A DNA stretch of 30,265 nucleotides from Pseudothermotoga sp. (GTDB taxonomy: Bacteria > Thermotogota > Thermotogae > Thermotogales > DSM-5069), in the NCBI GenBank assembly GCA_041640575.1, contig JBEPZZ010000019.1, positions 1-30,265 on the forward strand. Reading direction: 5' to 3'. The position numbers and the translations under genes are program-made. Under the pieces are notes generated by a model, which worked only from the letters and a program-made list of their open reading frames with translations, was not told the DNA's origin and searched no databases. Below, one piece after another: positions 20,952-28,280 of the stretch. Position 1 is the stretch's first letter. Each line of letters starts with the position of its first letter.

Positions 20952-20971
20952 CCTTTGGCGATTGCCAAAGG
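20952..20971 (-). other. Hairpin between the attenuator and the dapA RBS
   Basis: CCTTTGGC-N4-GCCAAAGG, 8-bp stem. Confidence 0.6.
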
Positions 20972-20993
20972 CTTTGCAAATTAATTTAGCTAT

Positions 20994-21031
20994 AAAAAAA
21001 AGCGGGCTAGTTTTTCACTTAGCCCGCTTTT
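20994..21031 (-). terminator. Intrinsic terminator (attenuator) in the dapAB leader
   Basis: Minus strand AAAAGCGGGCTA-AGTGAAAAAC-TAGCCCGC-TTTTTTTT, between the promoter and dapA. Confidence 0.9.
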
Positions 21032-21050
21032 GCTTAATGTCGGTTGCTGT

Positions 21051-21161
21051 CTATCCAATGAAACGCAACCGCCATCTAGCAAGCGGGCGGTTGCGCTTCT
21101 TAGACTTGATATTCAAAATTAGATTGACGTTCAAAACATAACTAAGCAAACAATTAGACAC
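21051..21161 (-). CDS. Putative 36-aa Lys-sensing leader peptide of dapAB
   Basis: GCAGGTG RBS, 5 nt, then GTG; MSNCLLSYVLNVNLILNIKSKKRNRPLARWRLRFIG*; its only Lys codons (AAG TCT AAG AAG) abut the first leader hairpin. Confidence 0.7.
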   Translation of the reverse strand: MSNCLLSYVLNVNLILNIKSKKRNRPLARWRLRFIG

Positions 21162-21193
21162 AAAAACACCTGCTTTTACATTCTTTTATCGTT

Positions 21194-21223
21194 ATTCTAT
21201 AATGTTATGCTGAGATGTGTCAA
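21194..21223 (-). promoter_or_regulatory. Sigma70 promoter for leader-dapAB
   Basis: TTGACA (21223-21218), 18 nt, TAGAAT (21199-21194). Confidence 0.8.
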
Positions 21224-21422
21224 GAGTTTTTTCGTTTTTCCCTGCTTAAAAAATACAGAACATTTACCATATCAGAAATATATGCAAAAACAAAGCGGCA
21301 AAACTCGTATGAAAAGTTGAAGCGGCCTTTTTCTGCTTTATATAATTGAAAAATGCAATGCTGCGGGAAAAAATTAAAAACTGTCAGGATTTCTGAGTCA
21401 CTAGACATCCTCTTTATTTTCT

Positions 21423-21779
21423 TTAATTAGCTTCTACGGCTTTTTTGATAGCGTCAATTGCTTGTTGAGTATCCATATTTCTAATTTCAACACCTATATG
21501 TTTCTCTCTTGGAAAAGCCGCTGCTTCAAAGGCATCACGGTACATTTTCCATTGCATTGTAGGATCACAACCTGCTACATAAAGTTGATCTATCTCTGCA
21601 CCTCTGAGAAGTTCTTTCAAATATTTGTCGCCATCATCAGAACAAAGTTGTGGGTGTAAACCAACCCATTCAAATATTTTCTCTCTTCTTAAAGTGTTCA
21701 ACACTTCAAAAACATTCATTTTTTGAAACGAAGGACATGTTCCTTGACATACACAAAGTAATAGACCTCTTTTTTTCAT
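21423..21779 (-). CDS. Small heterodisulfide reductase subunit A-like (HdrA N-terminal domain) protein
   Basis: LLCVCQGTC, QLCS-DG, YVAGCDP, EIRN match the pattern of the HdrA N-terminal module; ATG at 21779 after GAGGTGA. Confidence 0.7.
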   Translation of the reverse strand: MKKRGLLLCVCQGTCPSFQKMNVFEVLNTLRREKIFEWVGLHPQLCSDDGDKYLKELLRGAEIDQLYVAGCDPTMQWKMYRDAFEAAAFPREKHIGVEIRNMDTQQAIDAIKKAVEAN

Positions 21780-21787
21780 TTTACTCT

Positions 21788-21994
21788 TCACCTCACATCT
21801 CCGAAGTACCTTATTGCTCCACTAGGACAGATCTTTTGACACCCTCTACAAAATTCAACACAGTTGTCAGGATTCTTTACCTTCGGATATCCGTTTTTCA
21901 TTGTGTCGTAGACATCGTGAGGACAGAAGCTTACACATTGATAACATTGAGTGCACCTTTCTTCGTCGATTACAGGATACCAATTCTTAGCCAC
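21788..21994 (-). CDS. 4Fe-4S dicluster ferredoxin
   Basis: CTQCYQCVSFCP and CVEFCRGCQKICP; GTG at 21994 after AAGGGG. Confidence 0.9.
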   Translation of the reverse strand: MAKNWYPVIDEERCTQCYQCVSFCPHDVYDTMKNGYPKVKNPDNCVEFCRGCQKICPSGAIRYFGDVR

Positions 21995-22050
21995 ATTATC
22001 ATCCCCTTTCGAGAATTTTTTAACCGTCTTGGTTCTTAAACATATTGAAA

Positions 22051-22341
22051 TCACCTAATTTTATTCAGAGCTTTTTCTTTGACAGTTTGTATCAAATCCA
22101 AGCTTTCTCTATCTCTCAGAGTGTAAAAAACCTTGTTGCCCTCTCTTCTGTCCTCCACTATTTCCATATTTCTCAAGATAGTCAAGTGACGAGAGATGTG
22201 GGATTGATCAAGGTTTAGTATGCCCATCATCTCGCATACACATCTTTCTTTCTCGGCTAGTAACTCAATTATCTTTATTCGTGTAGGATGAGAAAGTGCC
22301 TTAAAATATTCCGCCATTTTTCTATAGCTTTTCTCTGACAT
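22051..22341 (-). CDS. ArsR/SmtB family transcriptional repressor
   Basis: FKALSHPTRIKII, ERCVCEM, QSHISRHLTILR, RREG--VFY. Confidence 0.93.
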   Translation of the reverse strand: MSEKSYRKMAEYFKALSHPTRIKIIELLAEKERCVCEMMGILNLDQSHISRHLTILRNMEIVEDRREGNKVFYTLRDRESLDLIQTVKEKALNKIR

Positions 22342-22361
22342 ACAAGTCTCCTTTCATAATT

Positions 22362-22390
22362 AGTATATTCGAATATTCGAATAATGTCAA
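22362..22390 (-). promoter_or_regulatory. Sigma70 promoter with palindromic ArsR operator in the spacer
   Basis: TTGACA (22390-22385), 17 nt, TATACT (22367-22362); perfect 18-bp palindrome TATTCGAATATTCGAATA at 22366-22383. Confidence 0.85.
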
Positions 22391-22655
22391 GAACCACCTT
22401 TTAAAGATTTCCCAGTTGCCAATAACAATATCTTCTGAAATGTGAAAAAACTAGCTCGGAAGGTGCATAGATTAATGCTAAGATGCATCAAAAAGCCACT
22501 AAGAACGCTTCTGCTTGTAATGATGAATGAAGATTTGCATGATTATGAAGTTTTTGCTCTATGATACTTTCATAATCTTTGGATTCATGTTTACTTTTCA
22601 TATCAGTTATTTCAGCGTCTTAGTCCATCTCAAAAGTATCGTAAGAACCCAAAGT

Positions 22656-23375
22656 TTATCCTCTCAATTTTGTCAAATCGTCGCGCATGAACAAATTCAA
22701 GTAATAAATTACGTGGTCAAAACCATCTGCATAAATCCACCTTTGCATCTCTATGAGCTCTGTATCTTCAGGTAAATGCATCAAGTTTTTTTCTTCCATG
22801 CTTGCTGATCTTGGAAAGACAATTTGCTCTACTCTTTTAACCTTTATGCACAGATCTTCAACCAATATTTTTGCTATTGATCCTTCCAGATTCTTTCGCT
22901 CAATCAACTTTCCTATATCTGGAGCGAAGTACGAAATTTCCAAAGCAATAGGAATATCATCAACAAAGCGCAGTCTTTTGACGTGGTAGATCTTTGAGAA
23001 AGACTTCGACTTCCATTTAGCTTGTTTAAGTAATTCTTTTTGCACAATCACGAATCCGCGTTCTAACACGGTGTTTTTTGAAACTATACCAAGACTTTCT
23101 AGAGCATACGAGAGACTTATCAAAGGCTCAAAGCCAAGAGAAGGTCTAAGTTTTCTAACGAAAGTCCCATATCCGTGCTTACGCACTAGAAGTCCTTCTT
23201 TTATCATTTCCTCGATTGCTGCTCTAACTGTGGCTCTGCTGACACCATATTGCTGCATTAAATCAAGTTCTCCAGGTATTTTGTCACCTTCTTTTAGCTG
23301 TCCTTTTAAGATTTTGTCTTTGATGATCTCCTTAAGTTGAATATAAAGTGGTACAGAACTCAACCTATCGAGCAT
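22656..23375 (-). CDS. GntR family regulator, HutC/UTRA subfamily
   Basis: PLYIQL, GDKIPGE, YGVSRATVR, GYGTFV plus UTRA domain (RLRFVDDIPIALEISY); ATG at 23375 after GAAGGTGA. Confidence 0.92.
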   Translation of the reverse strand: MLDRLSSVPLYIQLKEIIKDKILKGQLKEGDKIPGELDLMQQYGVSRATVRAAIEEMIKEGLLVRKHGYGTFVRKLRPSLGFEPLISLSYALESLGIVSKNTVLERGFVIVQKELLKQAKWKSKSFSKIYHVKRLRFVDDIPIALEISYFAPDIGKLIERKNLEGSIAKILVEDLCIKVKRVEQIVFPRSASMEEKNLMHLPEDTELIEMQRWIYADGFDHVIYYLNLFMRDDLTKLRG

Positions 23376-25074
23376 TCGAGACATCACCTTCTTCAAGGTC
23401 CAAAGCCAGCGTTCCACCAGGATTCATAATGTTGTTTGGATCAAGGAATCGTTTCAGCTGCCTCATAATACCAAGTTGCATGGAACCTATACATTTTTCA
23501 AACCATGGCGCAAAAAGTTTTCCAATACCGTGATGATGGCTCAAGCCAGCTCCTGATTTTACTATACTATCCAGGATACCACTTTGGTAATCGACAAATT
23601 CCTGTATGCTGTTGAATTTTCCAACAAAAATGAAATACAAATTTGTTCCTTGAGGGTAGAAATGCGAACAATGACTCATGACTACAGTATTAGGTCTTTT
23701 CTTGCAGAAACTTCTCACATTTTTCCAAACATCATAAATTTGATCCCAAGTTACAGCACATTCAAGCGTATCTATAACTATTCCAAAATCTGCAAGATCG
23801 TCTCGAATGTATGGATCTGTGAATCTTCCTTTTTCCCAAGCCTTTGTGACGTAACCTGTTGTGTACAATGCTCCATATTGCCTAGCAATTTTGATCACAT
23901 TTTTCTTGATATTTTTCGCAAACTTTTTTTCTCCTTGAGCTAATCCAAGCATCAAGCATCGTTCCATGGGTTTGTAACCTCTGAACCTGATGAATTTTTC
24001 TAAGAAACTATCTTCTACTCCATAAAGCTTCATTGCTACGTCCGTTTCCTCCGGATCAGATAATCTCATGACCGAGGGAAAACCGAAACCACTTTGCATG
24101 ATCTCTCTACAAGCATTTAATGCGCTTTCAAAATTTGGAAAGATAAAGCTAAACCTTTGATCATTTTCTGGATTGTCTCTGAATATCTTCAACGTGACTG
24201 ACACTAAAAGCCCGTATGCGCCTTCACTACCAATGAAAATTTGATCAATTGAAGGGCCAAGTGCCGCTCTTGGATAGGGTTTTGTAATAACCTCTCCCAC
24301 TGGTGTCACATATTCTTGGCAAATTACTAAATCTTCAATTTTCCCATAATACGTGGAATTCTGCCCTGCACCTCTAGTTACGACCCATCCACCAACTGTT
24401 GAGTATTCAAACGATTGAGGCAGATGCCCACAAGTGTACTTATGTTTTGCTCCAAAATAAAGTGGTGCGTTATTCAACTTCTCTTCAAGTTCTGGTCCAT
24501 ATATCCCAGGCTGTACCGTAACGGTGTGATTTGTTTCGTTCAAGCTGAGGATTTTGTTCATATGCTTGGTGAAATCAATGCATATTCCACCCTTTACACA
24601 TTCTACACCCCGTGTTACAGTTGATCCACCACCACGTGGGTATATCGGGATTTTCTCAATGTTGCAGTATTTGACAAGTTCTATAACATCTTTTTTGTCG
24701 CGAGGATAGACAACAGCGTCCGGAAGATTTTCGATAATCTTTGCTCGAAGCCTAAGAATGTCATACATGGTTTTTCCATAACTTGCTTTGACACGTGAAA
24801 AATCATCTGTTGCTACATTTTCTTCCCCGACAATCTTTTTCAGTTTCTCAAGCTGTGCAGTTGATAGCCTAATAGGTATATCCACCTGAACTTTTTCAAA
24901 ACCAAGGTTGCGAGGTTCCTTGAAATCTTCATCAGTTAAATTCAGACTTTCTTTCAAAAGCTTGTAAAGCCTTCTGTTCGGATGTTTAAAAAACTTTGGA
25001 TCTCCCCACTTGAAGATAGCTCTATAGGAATCGGCTGGAGCAACTGTCTCAACCCATTGTGGCATGAATTCCAT
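23365..25074 (-). CDS. FAD-linked oxidase, alkyl-dihydroxyacetonephosphate synthase (AGPS/YgcU)-like
   Basis: PRGGGS, GHLPQSFEYSTVGGWV-TR, YGKIED, GSEG, NLYF, SHHHGIG, DPNNIMNPG. Confidence 0.85.
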   Translation of the reverse strand: MEFMPQWVETVAPADSYRAIFKWGDPKFFKHPNRRLYKLLKESLNLTDEDFKEPRNLGFEKVQVDIPIRLSTAQLEKLKKIVGEENVATDDFSRVKASYGKTMYDILRLRAKIIENLPDAVVYPRDKKDVIELVKYCNIEKIPIYPRGGGSTVTRGVECVKGGICIDFTKHMNKILSLNETNHTVTVQPGIYGPELEEKLNNAPLYFGAKHKYTCGHLPQSFEYSTVGGWVVTRGAGQNSTYYGKIEDLVICQEYVTPVGEVITKPYPRAALGPSIDQIFIGSEGAYGLLVSVTLKIFRDNPENDQRFSFIFPNFESALNACREIMQSGFGFPSVMRLSDPEETDVAMKLYGVEDSFLEKFIRFRGYKPMERCLMLGLAQGEKKFAKNIKKNVIKIARQYGALYTTGYVTKAWEKGRFTDPYIRDDLADFGIVIDTLECAVTWDQIYDVWKNVRSFCKKRPNTVVMSHCSHFYPQGTNLYFIFVGKFNSIQEFVDYQSGILDSIVKSGAGLSHHHGIGKLFAPWFEKCIGSMQLGIMRQLKRFLDPNNIMNPGGTLALDLEEGDVSNAR

Positions 25075-25090
25075 AGAGAACCATCTCCTT

Positions 25091-26650
25091 TCAGCACTCT
25101 GGGTATCCTGTTATTCTTTGAAGCCTCTTGTAGAGAGGATGCAATCTTTTGTAGACAGATTTGTACACCTGAGTGTACAAATCTTCGTATATTTTGGCAT
25201 TTTCTGGATTTGGAATCAGTGTTTTTTCATATTCACAAATCTTTTTAACAGCTTGCTCGATATTTGCGAAATACTTCAAACCATAAAGTGCAACAATTGC
25301 AGCTCCCAATCCAGACCCTTCATGAGTTTTCATTTTGAGGACTTGTTTGTTTGTTACATCAGCGATAGTTTGGCAGGCTAAATTTGATCTTGATCCACCC
25401 CCTGTTACCACAATTCTTTCCATTTTCACAGAGGATGCTTCCTCGATTTTTTCAACACCTTCTCTCAAAGCGTATGCCAGACCTTCTATTATGGATCTGT
25501 AAATATAAGCTTTGTTGTGCATTTCCCCGAAACCTATTATTGCTCCCCTTGCCTCTGGCATTTTCAAGCCAGCACCCCAATAAGGCTGGAGAATTAAACC
25601 CATCGATCCAGCGCAAGTTTGGTTCAATGCTTCCGCTTCCAGAATTTCTTCTGTTGAAAGCCCATTTTTGCGAGCTAGAACGTCTTCGTAAGCTGCAAAC
25701 TCCTTTTTGAACCAATTTATCATCCAAAATCCTCTGAAGATTTCTACCTCTGGGTTGTAATGGTTAGCTATGACGGCAGGGTATGGCGGCATAAACTTGA
25801 TAGGCTCTATGTACTTTTTGGTAGTAGTTTGAATAGTTAAGGTTGTACCAAGGCTTGCACATCCCATACTTTCATTCAAACAACCTGCTGCTAAAGTTTC
25901 ACAACCCTTGTCAGAGCCAGTAGCAACAACTGGCGTACCTTGTTTTACTCCTATCAGCTGTGATGCTTCCTTGGTAATTTCACCAAAGATCGTCCCTGGT
26001 TCTACCAGATCTGGCAATTTTTCCCTCTCTATTGGAAAGAGATACGAATGAAAGTCTGACGGGCTAGCCCATTTGAGTTTCTTATAGTCAAACGGTATAT
26101 GTCCTATTTGACTTGCTACACTGTCAACGTACATACCTGTCAAAAGGTAGTTAAACCAGCCGGAAAGCAAAAGAAATTTCGCAGTTTTTCCCCAAATATC
26201 TGGTTCATTTTGCCTAAGCCAGTTTGCTTTACATTTTTTTGCTGATATTCTTGCCGCCTTGTCCATTCCAACAAGTTTGAAGCCAAGCTGATAATACCAC
26301 GGTAGCTTTATATCATAATCTGCCATCCTTTGATCGAGCCAAAGAATGGCAGGCCTTAGTGGGTTACCATTTTTGTCCAAGCACACGCAGGTGTCTCTTT
26401 GAGTCGTAACTGCAACAGCTTTGATACTTTTCCAAGCTTCAGGTGATCTTTCGGCCACAATTTTGCAGCTTGTTTCTAAAGCTTTCACATAGTTTCCAAC
26501 ATCTTGCTCAGCCCAACCAGGTTTGGGAGAATAATACACCTGTGGATATTCGTACTTGTGAAAATCTACTAGATGGCCTTCTGTATTAAAAAGCATGGCT
26601 CTCAAGCTTTGGGTTCCACAATCGATAACCAAGACTACTTCGTCTTTCAT
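25091..26650 (-). CDS. FGGY family carbohydrate/polyol kinase
   Basis: IDCGTQSLR, PGWAEQD, AILWLDQR, GSDK, SLGT, TGGGSRS; ATG at 26650. Confidence 0.92.
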   Translation of the reverse strand: MKDEVVLVIDCGTQSLRAMLFNTEGHLVDFHKYEYPQVYYSPKPGWAEQDVGNYVKALETSCKIVAERSPEAWKSIKAVAVTTQRDTCVCLDKNGNPLRPAILWLDQRMADYDIKLPWYYQLGFKLVGMDKAARISAKKCKANWLRQNEPDIWGKTAKFLLLSGWFNYLLTGMYVDSVASQIGHIPFDYKKLKWASPSDFHSYLFPIEREKLPDLVEPGTIFGEITKEASQLIGVKQGTPVVATGSDKGCETLAAGCLNESMGCASLGTTLTIQTTTKKYIEPIKFMPPYPAVIANHYNPEVEIFRGFWMINWFKKEFAAYEDVLARKNGLSTEEILEAEALNQTCAGSMGLILQPYWGAGLKMPEARGAIIGFGEMHNKAYIYRSIIEGLAYALREGVEKIEEASSVKMERIVVTGGGSRSNLACQTIADVTNKQVLKMKTHEGSGLGAAIVALYGLKYFANIEQAVKKICEYEKTLIPNPENAKIYEDLYTQVYKSVYKRLHPLYKRLQRITGYPEC

Positions 26651-28280
26651 TCCCCATACCCCCTTCAAAATTCAAAAAGAAAGTCGAAACCAGATCTACA
26701 CCAGTTCCTCCAACATTTCTACGAATCGCTTGTCCAACATTTACTGGTTCGCGAACAACTATAGATTTAACTTCTTCCATTATCTTTTGGAAACTTCTTA
26801 TTGGTACTGGCTTTACTGTTTTAACAGCTAACAAAGGCTGTTCATGGCAAGCTGTTCGAACTGTTGTGGTTAGAACTTGATGCGGATCTGATAAATTTTT
26901 TACCACAAAATCGTACCCCTTTTGGCATCTATAGCCATATAAGTCATAGTTTTCACCTGTTTTAACCACAGAAATTTCACAGCCTTTTGGGCAGATGCCG
27001 CAAATCATTTTCCTTTCACCCAAAGTTGTGAAAACTTTTTCTTCATCTCCGGTCATCGTAACTAGCAGTGATGGAGCAGTTTCTTTGATTTCAAATTCTA
27101 AAACTTCAGTTTGTTGAGGCCTTAGCAATGGATAAATGTTTTCGGCTAAGACTTGTGAGCCTATTATGGAGATCTTGGCATTCCTTACTGCTCTTTTTGG
27201 TCTAAAATAAAGTCTAACAATCTTTGAACTTACATCAATAATTTGTGGAACGACAAATGCAATTGTTTCATCGTGTTTTAGCTGAATTAATCTTCCTCTT
27301 TTCAATTTTCCTAGTGAGTATAAGGCAGCTGATCGACCTGCAATTCTTCCAAGCTGAGTCACAAAGTCAACCTGATCGCTTACATAAACGTTGTTGCCAC
27401 AGGCAAAAATGCCTTCAACCATACTCATGCAATTTTGATCAATTATGGGTCCATTGGTCTTTTCGTCAATTACGACGTTGAGTTGCTTTATAACCTCATT
27501 CTCAGGTATTAACCCGGCTGCGATAATCAAAGCGTCACATTTGACAATTTTGCTTGTATTTTCCAAGATTTTACCCTCTTCATTGACTTTTACGATTTCA
27601 ACAGCTTCTGTTCTATCCCTACCAATTACTCTTTTAACTGTATGCGAAAGGTACAATGGTATTTGAAACGCATCAAGGCACTGAACTATGTTTCGCGTCA
27701 AACCGGATGGTTCTGGTTTTATTTCGAAAACTCCTTCGACTTTTGCTCCCTCAATTGTCAAACGTCTTGAGATTATCAACCCGATATCTCCACTTCCCAG
27801 TATTACGCACTTTTTAGTTGGTAAATAACCCATGAGATTCACGTAATTTTGCACTGCTCCTGCCGTGAAAATTCCGCTTGGCCTTTCACCATGCACAAAG
27901 ACTTGTCTGGATGTTCTTTCACGACATCCTGTTGAAAACACCACAGACTTGGCACAAATCTGAAAAATACCCTGCGAGGTTTGAACGGTTAAGACAAAAT
28001 GATTTTTTCTTTTTTCGATATGTGTTGTGAAAGCTTGGGTTAGAATCTTAACTGCTGTGTCTTTGAGAGCGTTTAAAAATCTGGCGGCATATTCCGTACC
28101 GGTTAATTTTTCTTTGAATTCAAAAAGTCCAAAACCCTCATGAATGCATTGTTTTAGAATACCACCTAGATGTTTTTCACGCTCAATCAAAAGAGTTTCT
28201 ACACCTAGCTTGCTCGACTCTATAGCGGCAGCAAGTCCAGCTGGGCCAGAACCTAGAACGACAACATCAAAGTTGATCAT
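26586..28280 (-). CDS. FAD/NAD(P)-dependent oxidoreductase fused to a C-terminal DUF1667 metal-binding domain
   Basis: GSGPAG, LGGILKQCIHEGFG, TGCRER, GSGDIGLI, FACGN, then ICGICPKGC...GYRCQKG...TTTV. Confidence 0.82.
   Translation of the reverse strand: MINFDVVVLGSGPAGLAAAIESSKLGVETLLIEREKHLGGILKQCIHEGFGLFEFKEKLTGTEYAARFLNALKDTAVKILTQAFTTHIEKRKNHFVLTVQTSQGIFQICAKSVVFSTGCRERTSRQVFVHGERPSGIFTAGAVQNYVNLMGYLPTKKCVILGSGDIGLIISRRLTIEGAKVEGVFEIKPEPSGLTRNIVQCLDAFQIPLYLSHTVKRVIGRDRTEAVEIVKVNEEGKILENTSKIVKCDALIIAAGLIPENEVIKQLNVVIDEKTNGPIIDQNCMSMVEGIFACGNNVYVSDQVDFVTQLGRIAGRSAALYSLGKLKRGRLIQLKHDETIAFVVPQIIDVSSKIVRLYFRPKRAVRNAKISIIGSQVLAENIYPLLRPQQTEVLEFEIKETAPSLLVTMTGDEEKVFTTLGERKMICGICPKGCEISVVKTGENYDLYGYRCQKGYDFVVKNLSDPHQVLTTTVRTACHEQPLLAVKTVKPVPIRSFQKIMEEVKSIVVREPVNVGQAIRRNVGGTGVDLVSTFFLNFEGGMGNERRSSLGYRLWNPKLESHAF

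Noticed and set aside
20923..20979. Longer DapA start at 20979
   Set aside because: GGAGGTG sits just before ATG 20922, and the extension overlaps a leader hairpin
20923..21190. Lysine riboswitch or T-box upstream of dapA
   Set aside because: I see no AGAGGNGC-type L-box opening with a five-way junction and no GGTGGNACC T-box. The 5' half is AT-rich and reads as an ORF with an RBS. Not confirmed by a covariance-model search.
21220..21408. 62-aa ORF upstream of the dap promoter
   Set aside because: No recognisable features, and it ends on the -35 box; likely spurious
22527..22775. 82-aa plus-strand ORF overlapping the gntR 3' end
   Set aside because: Low-complexity AT-rich translation, antisense overlap and no RBS
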